Assembly (NCBI RefSeq): GCF_006345805.1
Contig: NC_043020.1
Coordinates: forward strand, 124,001-188,000
Direction: 5' to 3'
From: Octopus sinensis
Lineage: Eukaryota
Length of the DNA stretch: 64,000 nt
A model generated the notes under the pieces. It was given only the letters and a program-made list of their open reading frames with translations. It was not told where the DNA came from and did no database searches. Of this stretch, positions 49,626 through 63,640 are shown piece by piece. A program made the position numbers and the translations under genes. The first letter of the stretch is position 1; every line of letters starts with the position of its first letter.

Positions 49626-50334
49626 GATATATATGCGGTCACATATTCAATATATATATATATATATATATACACACTCACACATACACACACATATATA
49701 TGTGCCCATGTGAGTGTATATGTATATATATCAATGTATGTATACACACAAACACACAATGAGCTTCCACGTAGTTCACACCTCCCAATTTCCCTCCCAA
49801 AGCATTCATCAACCTGAGCTATTATAAAACACACTTGCCCAATATGCCATGCAGACAAACTGTATTCTGAACCTTGAACCCAGCATCTTGTAGTTGCAAA
49901 AAGAATTTCTTAACTGCACATTCATTCCTCATTCTATAAGAATTACTATAATTTTTTCTTATTTCTGTCAAATTTCCAAGTTTTATTGTGGATTATGCAT
50001 TTGAAATGTTGACAATCTGGCATCACTGCTAGACTCTGCAATGCCATAACCCAAGGCACCATGTTATTTCATTTCAAAAACACTAGACTTGACGTAATGT
50101 CTGACCATTTACATATTTCTTGTATTCACCCTCCTATATCGTTGTTTATATCTCTTATCTCTTGCCATTGAAACAAATGGGTGTCTCAGTAGATATGTTG
50201 TGTATAACTTTTAATAACATATACAGAAGTTTACCATAAAGAGACGAGAAACTTTATAAAAAGAATTCAAGAATTGAATGGAAAAAGAATAAAAATAATC
50301 TTTTCTTTCTTCTGTGTGTATGTGTGTGTATATA

Positions 50335-50367
<33 letters not shown>

Positions 50368-53251
50368 TATATATATATATATAAACACATTATATAAACA
50401 TACATATATATATATACACACATATATATATACACATATATATACACACACACATATATATATATAATATATATATACACATATATATATAATATATATA
50501 TACACATATATATACACACATATATATACATATATATATATACACACACACATATATATATAATATATATATATATACATACACATATATATACATACAC
50601 ACACATATATATAGATAGATAGATAGATAGATAAATGCATATTTTTATGTGTGTTTGTGTATGTATATATAGATAGATAGAGTGGGGAGGTGTTCGGAAA
50701 CTTTTTTTTTTCCTCTTTTTAGTTACAATACAAAAATTCAAAAGTTTCATTCTCTATTCGAATAATGAAAATTTGATAGTCATATCTCTTAATTCTTCCA
50801 AGTCATTGGTTATATATACATATATATATACACATACATATATATACACGTATATATTATTCAGCTAGCTTAACTATACTAGTACGAGTTATCTTAAAAG
50901 CTTTTCTCTGTTGCCTACTTAATGTTTTCAAGGTATTAATGATGGGAATATGGCTGGAAACTATTTAAAGATATAGTCATGGTATGCTAATATTTTATGA
51001 GCTACAGTTGTCAATTAACACAAAATTTCCTCCCACGCCCCTTTCACATTCACATTCAGAATTGTATTTCTCTGTGTGTGTTTGTGTGTATATGAACATA
51101 CATACACAGACATATATTTGTATACACTTACACATATATCTTCATATTTTTTATTTATTTATATATATGTATATCTATACACACACAGTATTATTTAAAA
51201 AAAAGACAATTTAAAATATACTTATTTAAATGTCTAAGTAGTCTATAAGTGTGTGAGTGCATATGTAAAATTTACTGAAATGGAAATTCCTTTTAGTAAA
51301 ACTTAAATTAACTTTTTATTTAAAAAAAAAAATATTATTTTCATCAGAGAGAGAGCGAGGTGATGGAGGGCAGGGCTGGAGACTGTGGTGATGTGATTCA
51401 ATGTTTTATTTTCTTCATTGTTACAAAGTAATAGAATGAAGGTCTTGAGACCCATTATCAATGTGATTACGGTGTTGATCAAGTATTGAACAAGACATAG
51501 ATTTAGTTCCACTACCGACCATTAAGCATTAGTTATAGTTCACTTTCCTCGCACTACAAAGGGAAAGTTTTGTATAGCTCATTGGCTTTTCAACTAAGAA
51601 GATAATATTGAATAGTAATGTACTCACCTCACTTACAATTGAGAAAACACACACACACAAAAAAAAAAAAATTACAGCCTATCTTACTGTTTATGTGGTA
51701 TGCACATACTAGTAATATGTGGTACAATCCACTAGGGACCCCTAAATATACTGAATAATTTTGACACAAAATCAGTGTTGATATTGTCACTATTATCATC
51801 ACCACTACCGTTATAATTATATATCTGTTTTACATGCGAGTATGGGTTGGACAGGTCATTGCTATCTGATTTATTTCTTATTTGATTTCCTAGATAGGTT
51901 GGATGACTACAGTGTACTTGATGTCCTGATCTTACTTCGGTTGCTACTTCTTGCTTGGACAGTAAGGGCAACTGGTTGTAGAGAATCTGCCTCAACAGTG
52001 CTCATCCAACATATGCAAGCATGGAAAAGTAGATGTTAAAATGATGATGATGATGTGGTTGTGTCGTAAGAAGCTTACTTCCCGACCACATGGTTCTGGG
52101 TTCAGTCCCACTGTGTGGAACCTTGAGCAAGTTTCTTCTCTCATGGCCTCCAGCTGACTAAAGCCCTTGACTGTCTTCCCTCTATAAATATGATAAATTT
52201 TTCTGTGTGTTTTCCTTTTTTCTTGTGTGTGTCCCCTCTCAATCTTGGCTTTAGATCTGGCCCGGGGATTAAAAAGGTTGAGAACTACTGCTCTTAATAC
52301 TTGATGCATTACATATGTTAACACTATAATAAATAATTTTTCATGTGAATGGCATTCCTTGGATTCATTACATGTACAACCAACTATATTTTCTTACTCT
52401 GGTAAACATAGGAGTCATTCATTGCTATTTTGGCTAGTACAGTGGAGGATGTTCTTTCGTTAATGGGATCAGAATAAGAGTGAAGCATGTGCAAATGTAG
52501 AGTTATCTCCCATGTTAATATAACAATATTAATCATTGGAAACAATATTGATAATTAACTAAAACCATTTTCCCCCTCCTCACCTATATATATTTTTAAT
52601 TATCTTTTCAAAAAGTACCCAAAAGTCATCAGTTTGTGTCATGTAGCTTTAGATATAGAATGAAATGTCATCAACCTTATAGCTTACTTGGCCGTAAATC
52701 AGCTAAGAGAAAGAAGCAAACAGCCTATCGTTTGGCATGTAAGACTTGCAAAAATCTATCTATCAATCATTTAGTGGTTCTTTGGTGTCAAGATTGAATT
52801 CTCTTCCGCTAGTATAAAATGGAGCAGTTTACTATTTCATTAGTTTACTAATATATTGTCATCACTATCATGATCATTGTTTTAATGTCCACTTTCCATT
52901 CTTGTATGGATCAGACAGAGTTTATTGAGGTAGATTTTCTACAGCTTGATGCTCTTCCTCTCACCAGCCTTAATCTATTTTCCATGTGAGGTAAGTATTT
53001 CTCCATGGCCAGGCAAAATGTGTCCCTGCAGAAGTTTTGGAAATGAACATCACTGCTTTATGATATTGGCCTTTGCCTTTCCCTTGGATAACATCGGTGG
53101 TATGAAAATGGGAGTCTGGTATGCATGGGTGACTGCTGGTCTTCCATAAACAACCTTACCTGGATTTGTACTTCGGCGGGCAACTTTCTAGGTGCAATCT
53201 TTACTAAAATGTCAAGACAAAGAGGCACATACACGCACTCTTTCTCTCACT

Positions 53252-53283
<32 letters not shown>

Positions 53284-54074
53284 CCCTCACATGTATGTAT
53301 ACACACACACACACACACACATATATATACACACACCCACAACATACAATGCTCTTACAGTTTCCATCTGCCAAATTCACGCACAAGGCTTTGGTCAGCA
53401 CCAGGGCTATCCAAGATGCCACACAATGGAACTCATCTCAAAGCCAAGTGGCTGGGAAGCAGCTGTCTTAATCAACATCCTCACTTGCACTTAGGAGGGG
53501 TATTGAATATGTGGGCCCTCCAGTATAATACTAATATACAGCCACTCTGTTCCCTTTCCTTACGAGATTCCTTGTTATACACTTACTCTTTACCTCTATC
53601 ATATCTCTCTAGCTAAGCCAAAAATCTCAGAGAGAATCAAGTTCCGTTATGCCAACTCTTCCTTCCCACTCTTACACAATGGTAATAACATTTCTTGAAT
53701 GGTGTATTTATTCATTGGTTCAATGTCTTAAGGAACATGTTTATTCATTTTCGTATTTACTCAAGAATGTGTTAAGACTGCAGAACACAAAGGAGCAAAC
53801 TTGAAACTCAGCACATATTCATGTTTATGACTATATACATGCATGCCACTACATGGATCCATATTGGGTGTTGGTGGTGGTGGTGGTGCTTATTGCTGTT
53901 GTTGTCGTTGTTATCACCCTCCTCCTGCTCCTCTTACATCTCTTCCTCTTCCTCCTTCGCAAACTTAAAAACTCAACATACATTCATGACTATATATGAA
54001 TGCAGCTACATGAATCCATATTGGATAGACGAGCTTGTTATTGTTGTTCTTTTCATCCTTCTTTGTGTTCTTAT

Positions 54075-54245
54075 TCTCCTCCTCATCATCATCATCCTCC
54101 CCTCCTCCTCATCATCATCATCATCATCCTTCTCCTCCTCCTCCTCCTCCTCCACATCCTCCCCCAGTCGTCCCCCCACCTTCTCCTCCTTGCCCTGCCC
54201 TCCCCCACCTCCTCCTCCCCCCTGTCTTCCCCTTCCTCCTCCTGC
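54075..54245. repeat. (TCC)n/(TCA)n pyrimidine-rich simple repeat
   Basis: Trinucleotide mosaic that explains the poly-S/P/E/G ORFs. Confidence 0.9.
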
Positions 54246-54337
54246 AGAACTCATGGTGTGTCTTTTATGTTGCACCATAGTTTTGAGTATTGGATAATTT
54301 TTCTTCCTTATTTTGTGAACTCAGTTGTTTAGCAATC

Positions 54338-54370
<33 letters not shown>

Positions 54371-54849
54371 ACACACACACACACATATATATAATTGTGT
54401 GCATGTAAGGACTGTATGTTGCAATAGAGAGAGGTGGAGGTGCTATTGACAATGGTAGCGAGAAGAGAGGCATTACTTACTACCGACAGGAAGCAAAAGA
54501 GACAGACACCGTTTATGAAATATTTGGAGCACTGGGTATATACTGCGCTATCAGTGTTGTACCAAAGAGGCAACCACCAAATATATCATGGACAAACAGA
54601 CAAAAGAAGAAACCATAACATAATTCTGTTTGTCTTCTACTGATGTCTTTGTGTCTCTGATGTGGTTTTATGTTTCTTGAGTTGTAATTTTAGTTTGGAG
54701 TTATTTATACATCATTAAGCAAAATTAAAGATAAATAGTGTCGGTCCATTGTTGATAGTGATCCCGTAAAACCTAGGTTGTATGTGTGTGGTGAGTGTGT
54801 GCATGTCTGTCTTTGTATCTTTGTGTCTGTGCATGCACACGTGTATATG

Positions 54850-54995
54850 GCGTTAGGAAGGGCATCCAGCTGTAGAAACATTGCCAAATTAGACTGGAGC
54901 CTGGTGCAGCCTTCTGGCTTCCCAGAACCCCAGTCGAACCGTCCAACCCATGCTAGCATGGAGAACGGACATTAAACGACGATGATGATGATGAT
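54850..54995 (+). mobile_element. Repeat family C, 3' part, near consensus
   Basis: GGCGTTAGGAAGGGCATCCAGCTGTAGAAAC...GTCCAACCCATGCTAGCATGG...(GAT)n. Confidence 0.85.
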
Positions 54996-54996
54996 G

Positions 54997-55028
<32 letters not shown>

Positions 55029-55665
55029 CACACACACACATATATATAGGCACAAGTTTGCTTCCCAACCACACAATTCCAGATTCGGTCCCGCTGTATA
55101 TAATACAAGAGAAGGAGAGAGAGATAGGCTTGTATCAGTTTCCACCTCACAAGACTTTGGTTGCCTCAGGACAATAGTAGAAGATACTTGCCCCAAGGGG
55201 CCATGCTGTGGGACTAATCCTGTAACCATGTGGTTGTGAAGCAAACTTCTTACCACACAGCCATGTGAGCACCTATAATAATGAAAATTGTAACCCTGGG
55301 GGGTAGTGCACTCAGATGCCATTATAAAGCTTAATTATGTAGGTATCATGTAGGCAATGTGGATCATGGATTTTGGATCTCCGGACAGGTGATTGTTATT
55401 ATGACAGTGGTGGTACCACACTTGTCTGATGGTAAAATATTACCACTTCTGTAGTTTCCTGATTCATGAGGGTATACCCAGTTGGTGTTGCTTAGACAGT
55501 GGTGGTTGCAATCCTCCAGGAATTGCTATGGCAGCATTCTCTGTTGCAGCTGCTCTTTAAAAATCACAGCAATCAAAGGATCCATGATTGTTGGAGAAGA
55601 TAAACTGAGATGTACAACCCAATCATCAAAGGCTCCACAATTGAAGGAGAGAGAGAGCAGATAGA

Positions 55666-55708
<43 letters not shown>

Positions 55709-55953
55709 TTCAGTGGATAATCATATGCTAAGGAATGCTCAACCATATGCATGAACAATTTAATTTATACATATATTCAAATGAATATTCCTGCTTACAT
55801 AGAGACATGTTACTAAACTTCTGTACTTGTATTCATACAGACATAAATTCATCTAATCTGTTTGTGTATGTGTGTTTCCATATTCTGCTTATAGTTTGTC
55901 ATTAGACTGTAGCCATACTTGAGCTCTCCCCATTAATGGTGTTTTGTAGACAA

Positions 55954-56193
55954 AAGGAGGCGAGCTGGCAGAAACGTTAGCACGCTGGGCGAAATGCGTA
56001 GCTGTATTTCGTCTGCCATTACGTTCTGAGTTCAAATTCCGCCGAGGTCGACTTTGCCTTTCATCCTTTCGGGGTCGATTAAATAAGTACCAGTTACGCA
56101 CTGGGATCGATGTAGTCGACTTAATCCGTGTGTCTGTCCTTGTTTGTCCCCTCTATGTTTAGCCCCTTGTGGGTAATAAAGAAACAGGTACAA
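55954..56193 (+). mobile_element. SINE family B, full-length monomer
   Basis: A-box TGGCAGAAACGTTAG, B-box GAGTTCAAATTCC and a 15-bp TSD GTGTTTTGTAGACAA (55939-55953, 56194-56208). Confidence 0.95.
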
Positions 56194-57370
56194 GTGTTTT
56201 GTAGACAATATCAGGCTCCAGTACTTTGTCTGGTATTTATTTCTTCAATCTCGGAGGTGGATGAGAAAGCTAAGGGGCAGCAGCCAAGACATAACACAAG
56301 CTGTTTGTTTCATACACAAATGTTTTAATTTATTCATTTTTTAAAATTTTGCTTTTGGCATTATACACTACATGGATGTACATGCAAACACACTCACAAA
56401 GTTTACAGGCTTCATCACAGTTTCCATCTACCAAATTTAACTCACAAGTCATTGAATGGGTTGACCCTACATTATGGTGGTAACCCCTTGCTTTGGGTGC
56501 TGATCAGTAACATAGAAACTGGTTTCATTTGGTTGTAAAGTAGTCTTCTGAGACACTGATCCATATTAGTGTCCTATGTCTGTGTATAGACATTCAAGGA
56601 AATATACATATTTGTAGATATGTTTTTTGTTCTAACATACACACAATTACATACAGTCTTGCCTATATACACATGTCTTGAGAGTTTCTGGTCTTCAAAT
56701 AAACACGTGATTTTATATATATATATATATATATATAGATAGATAAAGAGAGAAATATATATCTATCCTTATATGTATAATTATATAAGTAGTTACATAA
56801 AATCATACACATACATTGCTATACCAGGCCACAACTTTTTATTTCTCAGGGTAGGTTATAGTCAATTAAATCAAATCCAGCTCTTGAGTGGTACTTGATT
56901 TTTATCTACCCAGGAGGATAAAATGCAAAAACCAACTGGGTTGCGTATTGTGTGCATATTTATACACACACACACACAAATATACACATCTACAATTAGG
57001 TATTCATATTATGTCTGTATGTCTGTATACATGTGTGTGTGTTTGTGTGTGTACATATATATACATGTGTGTATATATATATACACACACACAAATATAT
57101 ATATATATATATACACATATATATACATATATATGTAAAAAGTTATGTTATCATCTATATTTATGGTAGTGTGTGTATGTTGGTGTATATGTGTTTATAA
57201 ATACATAGTTATATATGTATTCATCTACATTTATGAGAGTGTGTAGATATGTGTGTGTGTGCTTATAAACACACATATTTATAAACAATATATGTATGTA
57301 TATATATATATATATAGCGTGTGTGTATGGAAATATTTATGTGTGTTTGTGTGTATATATGTATGTATAT

Positions 57371-57406
<36 letters not shown>

Positions 57407-57833
57407 CTACATACACGTATATATATATATATACATACATACATATATAAAATCATGCACTTAGACGTAGCCACACATGTCTGTATAAGTGAGTACGGAA
57501 ATAGAAAGACTGTGAGTGAATGAGAAATCAAAAAATATAACATGAAAGTGTTGCTATGCAATACCTGGTAATCTCTTGAACTTTTCAATTACAGATGAAA
57601 GAAATATGAAATTTGTGTTTTGGCTATCCTAGAGACAAATATAGATAAAAATGTTGTGAAAAATACAACCAACAATATAAAAAAAAAAATGATGAAAACA
57701 GGTGAAAAAAAAAATTCTTTAAGAATTTCTATTTAAAAAAAAATATATATATATTCTTTCCAAACAAAGTTCAGTGTTTGAAGAACTAAATAAGAAATGC
57801 AACCAATAATAAATAAATATATAAATAATGTAT

Positions 57834-57867
<34 letters not shown>

Positions 57868-58577
57868 TATTGAAAATTAAAGGAATTTCAAATCTCAAGG
57901 CAAATGAAACAAAAACAAACAAAAAGAATAAAGATAAGAAAGGAAAAGGAAAAGAATGAAATGATATGATAAATGGAAAGTAAAAATACATATTTTCAAG
58001 CCTTTATAAAAATATACACCATCATATTATTTTGATCTTTAAGTAAACAAGTTAAAAGTGATAAAATTCTCGTGAGACTGGTAATGAGTTCAATTTTTGT
58101 AATAAGGTACTTCACAGACTAGGTAACTTATATATAAATATGTATTTTTTTTTTCTCTCCTTGTGAGTAGTGAAGTTCTTACATATTCCAAACACACCAC
58201 ATAAATCAAACTACTTTTGGTGAAATATTCCCCAAACACTCCGTGGAAAAAAAAAAAAAAAAAAAATTAGGGGGGGAAAAATGAAATAAAATATATATGA
58301 GTAAAATGAAATTTTCATTTCAAAAATTTGTTTTCTGCACTAAAAATATTGTCATCGCTAATACCTAAATTCACAAATGTACATGTGTGTGTATGTATAT
58401 GTATATATAAGTATATATACATGTATATGTGGGTATATATTTATATGAATATATATGTGTATGTATATATATATATGTATATATATGTGTGTGTGTGTTA
58501 AATACAATGAAACAACAAAGCCAAGGCTGCGTGGAATTTTCAGGACATTTATTAAGAGAAAGTTAGTCTTACAACTG

Positions 58578-58620
<43 letters not shown>

Positions 58621-59659
58621 TATCTGTCTCTCTCTTCTATCTTTCCTCTTGTCAAAAAGAATATTTCTCCATTGTTTCCTATTTTACTTTCGTCTGGCTT
58701 AACGACCCTCCATGTTAGTTTTCATTCGATTTCTTTGTATGTCTCCACTGTCCTGCTTTTGTTACCAACTTTGACCCTCTGCAAATCCCAAATTTTATTT
58801 TGGTTTGCAGGAGCAACTGCCCTTCAGAGACTTATATTGTCGTTCAGAGCTCGAACTGAGAAGTAGATGGACAGCCAACAACTGATGATGGGTGGTTCTT
58901 TATGTTACTTGTCCTGTTTTCCATTTGTTTCTTTCGTTTATGTATCTAACTCTTTTGTTTTCGTATTTCATGTTGTTTATGGTTTGTGACGTCCTATACC
59001 CATATATGCATATATATGTGTGTATGTGTGTACATATACTTATATATATGCATGTAGGTGTTTTCGCTCAATAAGCACCATGCCCGGTCTGGGAATAAAA
59101 ACTGCTGTCCTACGACTGCGAGTCCGCTGCCCCAACCACTGGGCCATTGTGCCTCTGCTTTCTATCATTATACTATGATTGAACCACTATACTGTGGAGA
59201 CGTAAATAAACCAACACTAGTTTCCAAGTGGTGAAAAGACATGCACAAATGCATGTGCACACACATAGCTTCCATCCACCAAATTCATTCACAAGGTATT
59301 GTTTATCCAGACCCTTGTCCAAGGTGCTGTGTAGTAGGACTGAACCTGGAACTACATGGTTGTAAAGTGAACTTCAGTCGACTATTACCACAAGTTTTCT
59401 TTTACTAATGAATATAGTATTAATTTGACATTTTAATATATAAAATAAATAATAAATTTATAAATCATTACCTGAATAACTAAAAACTGCTGTTAACAAG
59501 TTGTGCACCCACTAACTCAGAGCCGACTTCTATTATGCAGTTTTTATATCACAACTCTTTTGATTTAAGGGTATAACTTTAATGATGCTATAATGAGCAT
59601 AGTTGAGGGTCATCCATTGATAACAGGTTACAAGGAGAGTGGTGTGCCTTCTTAAAACA

Positions 59660-61200
59660 TTGAACATAGTTGTTTGTCATACCCTTCTTTTTCTCTCTTT
59701 AAAGATTTCATAATTATGCGTTAAAGTTTCATTTAAACTCCTCTTTACAAAAATCACATCGTTTCCTGTCATGGTCCATTTCACAAAATTCCTCCATCAA
59801 GGAGTTAGCATTAACAAGAAATCGTTTAAGGACGTCACTTTTTATTATCTTCACTGCACACTCTATTCCATCTTTGTTCTTTTTTCCCCTCTTCTCTTCA
59901 TGTGTTGAGATGTTCTGTCAGGTCTGCTAATTCTTCAGTAGAAAGGCCCTTTTTTTTTTCCTTTTTATCTTTCTTATCAAAAATCAATTCTGAGATGTCA
60001 TCTTCCATAACTACATCCAATCCAGTCTCTTCTGCAAATTTTGAAACTTCTTGTACGATTGCATCCCTTTCTGCTGCCAAACCAAATTCTTCAATGTCAT
60101 TCAATGACTCAGAACTTCCCTTAGAACTACATTTAAGCAATCTGTTGTGATCTTTTTCTGGACATTAGCAATAAAACAGATGGCATCTAAAATATTAAAT
60201 GACAACCAGTAATCTTTTACATTCATACCACAGTTTTATTTAACACATTATTTTCTGAAAAGATTTCTACAAGTAGTATACCTTGAGAGATGTTATGCCC
60301 TGGGGCCATTTACTGCAGAATAGATGTTGTACTTGAAGGCATGTAAGCTATGTTTACTTTAAGCTTTGTTTAAATTCATCGAGATTTGGAAGATGGCTGG
60401 AAGTATTCTCTAACATAAAATTTCTTTTCATAGAAAGCCATTGTCAGTGTAGAAGGTGTACACAGCAATGCAAAAATTGGTTTGTGTACTGGTTCAAATA
60501 ACAATTCCTATATCACCTATCTATATCTTATCATTCAACTTCCAATCAACAGGTAATTGTAACTTACGTAACCCTTCTAAGACGGTTTGTTTTGTAAGCA
60601 GTAGACCAACATCAACTTCAGTTTCAGTGCTCTTGATACAATGCCACCAAGTAGTAATGCTAGTCTATCCTTGGCAGCTTTAAATCCTAATACAGACTTT
60701 TCTTCAATGGCAGCAAAAGGTCCTTGAAGACATATTCTTCCAGTGTAACCCTGTCTCTTTTGCATTGTAAATAAAATCCTCAGAGTATGCACCACTCTGT
60801 TCTTTGGCTTGGAATTCTGCTGGGAGTGATTTAGCTCAGTGGTTCTTGACCTTTTTTTTTTATATCTAAACACCCTTTTGATTACTATTTTATAATGGTG
60901 GACCCCTATAGCCATTTGATGTTGAAAAACTAATTTTAAAGGTACTTCTTTCAAAATTCTTTTTTGTTCTTCACACATTCACTTGTGTAGGCTGAACTAT
61001 GTAAAACACTAGAGAAAGAAACCAGGTTGTTTCTTGCAATACATCTAAAGTAGAATTTTTTTATGGACCTCTAAAATACTACCATGGATCTCCAGTTTAC
61101 TATTCTGTTTGCATGGACCCCCATAAATTCTTAAATGGATCCCAGCTGAGAACTGCTGATTTAGCTGGTTCATTATTTGCACTTGCTGCCCCCTCACCTG
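59660..61200 (-). pseudogene. Decayed Tigger/pogo (Tc1-mariner, DDE_1/CENP-B-like) transposase
   Basis: The minus strand reads GE.AASANNEPAKSL..IYNAKETGLHWKNMSSR / EEKSVLGFKAAKDRLALLLGG..LKLKLMLVY / YMPSSTTSILQ / IVQEVSKFAEETGLDV..STEEL. It has many stops and frameshifts and is interrupted by a MITE. Confidence 0.88.
60837..61158. mobile_element. hAT MITE nested in the Tigger relic
   Basis: CAGTGGTTCTTGAC ... GCTGAGAACTGCTG ends and a perfect 8-bp TSD ATTTAGCT (60829-60836, 61159-61166). Confidence 0.9.
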
Positions 61201-61304
61201 TTTTCTTAACTGCTAAGTTAAGGGGATGTAAACACACCAACACCAGTTGTCAATCAGTGTTGGGGGACAGACACAAAGCCACACATACACACACACGCAC
61301 ACTT

Positions 61305-61352
<48 letters not shown>

Positions 61353-62004
61353 GACAGGTTTCTTTCAGTTTCCGTCTACCAAATCCACTGAGAAAGCTTT
61401 GATCAGCCAGAAGACACTTACCCAAGGTGCCATACAGTGGGACTGAACCTGGGACCATGTGGTTGTGAAGCAAACCACACAGCCATGACCCCTTGACATT
61501 GACGTTGTTCGCCATCCCCATCATCGTTCTTTTTGATAATTAGTAGTTAATTCAGGAAGTCCTTCTAGTGTCCTTTCAACCCTTTTCTTTTAGCAGCAAT
61601 ATCTAAACATTTAAATGAAGAGAGAGAGAGAGTGTGTGTGTGGTTCTACTTTTAAGGAATCCATAGAGCTCCTTGACTGATTGACAATGTTTGCTTCATT
61701 AACATGTGCGCACGTGCACACACACACACACACACACTGACACTCATAAATTCACACATATTTTGATGTGTAAAATAAGCTTTTTGAAATGAACTTATAG
61801 CTTTAGGTGTCACTGTGAAAAAATAAACAGTGGTTTATTCCACAGGTTTTATCTCTCCAAGGACCAAACAAAAAAAAAAGAAAGAAGCACTATGTGATAG
61901 ACTAACTAGTTTCTAGCCTTGTTAGACCTTTATTAGAAAAAATAATTATTTCTGCCTGTGGAGATATAACCACTTTAGTTTACTTTTTACAGAGTGACTA
62001 AATT

Positions 62005-62051
<47 letters not shown>

Positions 62052-62686
62052 AAAAAATATGTATATCTTACATTTCAGATTCCCATAAAATGCTGTATGG
62101 AGTAGTATGATTTAATATATATTTATTATAGATTGATGGACTCATATATTTAGATACATACATCATGTATATATATATATATATATATAATATATATATA
62201 TATAAAGGGTAATTTAGCCAGTATTTCTGCTATTCTAACAGGAATTCTACATTTAAAAAAATACATAATTTGTATCGTTATAAGTATGTCATTGCTATTA
62301 TGTTAAACTGTCATATGTGCAAATTAGGTCAAATGCATTTTTTTTTTCAGTATTTAATTTTGCTTGGAATAACCAGTTCTTTTGGTCAAACACTTGTATC
62401 TCAAGCTGCTTCAGATGCCAAGATAAGATAAATTGTCAAAGTGTAGTACAATGGTTTAGCATTTTTCAAAAATGTAGCAAGTCCCACATACAACAGCTTT
62501 GCAAAAATATTTCTGACTGAAAACTTCATACATGCATAGAGCTATGATTTTATGTACCCAACAAAGTATTATTGTTAAGCTGAAACTGTTCCGAATCTAG
62601 AAAAAGAAATGGAATGGTGAAACCATTTTTTCGTTTTTTTTGAAAATGATACGTTTTGAGCTTATGACACTTTTGCATGATAGCAA

Positions 62687-62742
<56 letters not shown>

Positions 62743-62744
62743 AT

Positions 62745-62816
62745 TCCTTGGTAGTATGGTGGTAAGTATCCCTGCCTGCCACGTGGGAGACTGAAGTTCG
62801 ATTCTGTGCTGGGGAG
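62745..62816 (+). pseudogene. tRNA-Asp-derived pseudogene or SINE head with anticodon position reading GCC
   Basis: The 72-nt TCCTTGGTAGTATGGTGGTAAGTATCCCTGCCTGCCACGTGGGAGACTGAAGTTCGATTCTGTGCTGGGGAG aligns to eukaryotic tRNA-Asp(GTC). The T-stem is broken, there are many G-T pairs, and a SINE-type tail follows at 62831-62880. Confidence 0.85.
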
Positions 62817-63229
62817 GCATTGTCCTACTGGTGGTGCCCCAGCATGGCTGCAACATCAAAGCTGAAACATGTAAAAGAATGTATGTATGTATATATATAT
62901 ATAATATATATATATAGAGAGAGAGAGTTTACAATTTAAAGGAAAAACCAAGGGGAATAATTACAAGGTAATTAAATGTTGGTTAAGTGTCCCAGAATTT
63001 AAAACGGAGATAGTATTTAGTGGAAAATAGGAAAATTGAATAAGGAGACAAACTCTTGGAATGTTGTTAAACCATTTATATCTTGAATTCTTCTGCAGAT
63101 GTTTCAACGGATGCACTCCAAAATGTCTGACAGGATAAATTATGGTCAGCAATGCATCAGTCTCAACAGGATACACACTCACACTCACACACACACATGT
63201 ATATTTGTACACATATACACTATATATAC

Positions 63230-63262
<33 letters not shown>

Positions 63263-63269
63263 CTTTTAT

Positions 63270-63392
63270 CTTGTTTCACTCATTGGACTGCAGTCATGCT
63301 AAAGTACTGCCTCAAAGGGTTTGACACAAGTACTTATTTTTTTTAAAGTCTGGTACTTATTCTATTGGTCAAACTACAGTGGTGGTTGACAA

Positions 63393-63424
<32 letters not shown>

Positions 63425-63640
63425 ACATGCAAACACACACATACACATACACATTCATATACATGTATATACATATATGCAACAGGCTTCTTTCTTTCAG
63501 TTTCTGTCTACCTCATCCTCTCACAAAGCTTTGGTTAGCCCAGATCTATAAGAGGAGACACTTGCCCAAGGTTCCATGCTGTGGGACTGAACCTGGAACC
63601 ATGTGGTTGGGAAGCAAACATCTTACCACATAGCCATCCT
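63270..63640 (-). mobile_element. SINE family A, diverged, antisense
   Basis: TTGTTTCACTCATTGGACTGCAGTCATGCT...CTTGCCCAAGG...GTGGGACTGAACCTGGAACCATGTGGTTGG. Confidence 0.75.

Noticed and set aside
50933-50981. Another AG|GT acceptor (TTTTCAAG|GTATTA) with a downstream GTATGC donor
   Set aside because: The 49-nt segment has stops in all phases and the reconstituted donor is weak. Such motifs also occur on the minus strand (for example near 47826), so chance is likely.
54000-54332. Poly-Ser/Pro/Glu/Gly ORFs
   Set aside because: These are the (TCC)n/(TCA)n simple repeat, open in several frames.
62745-62816. Functional tRNA-Gly(GCC) gene
   Set aside because: The body is tRNA-Asp-like, the T-stem is disrupted, the stems are full of G-T pairs, and a retroposon tail follows.
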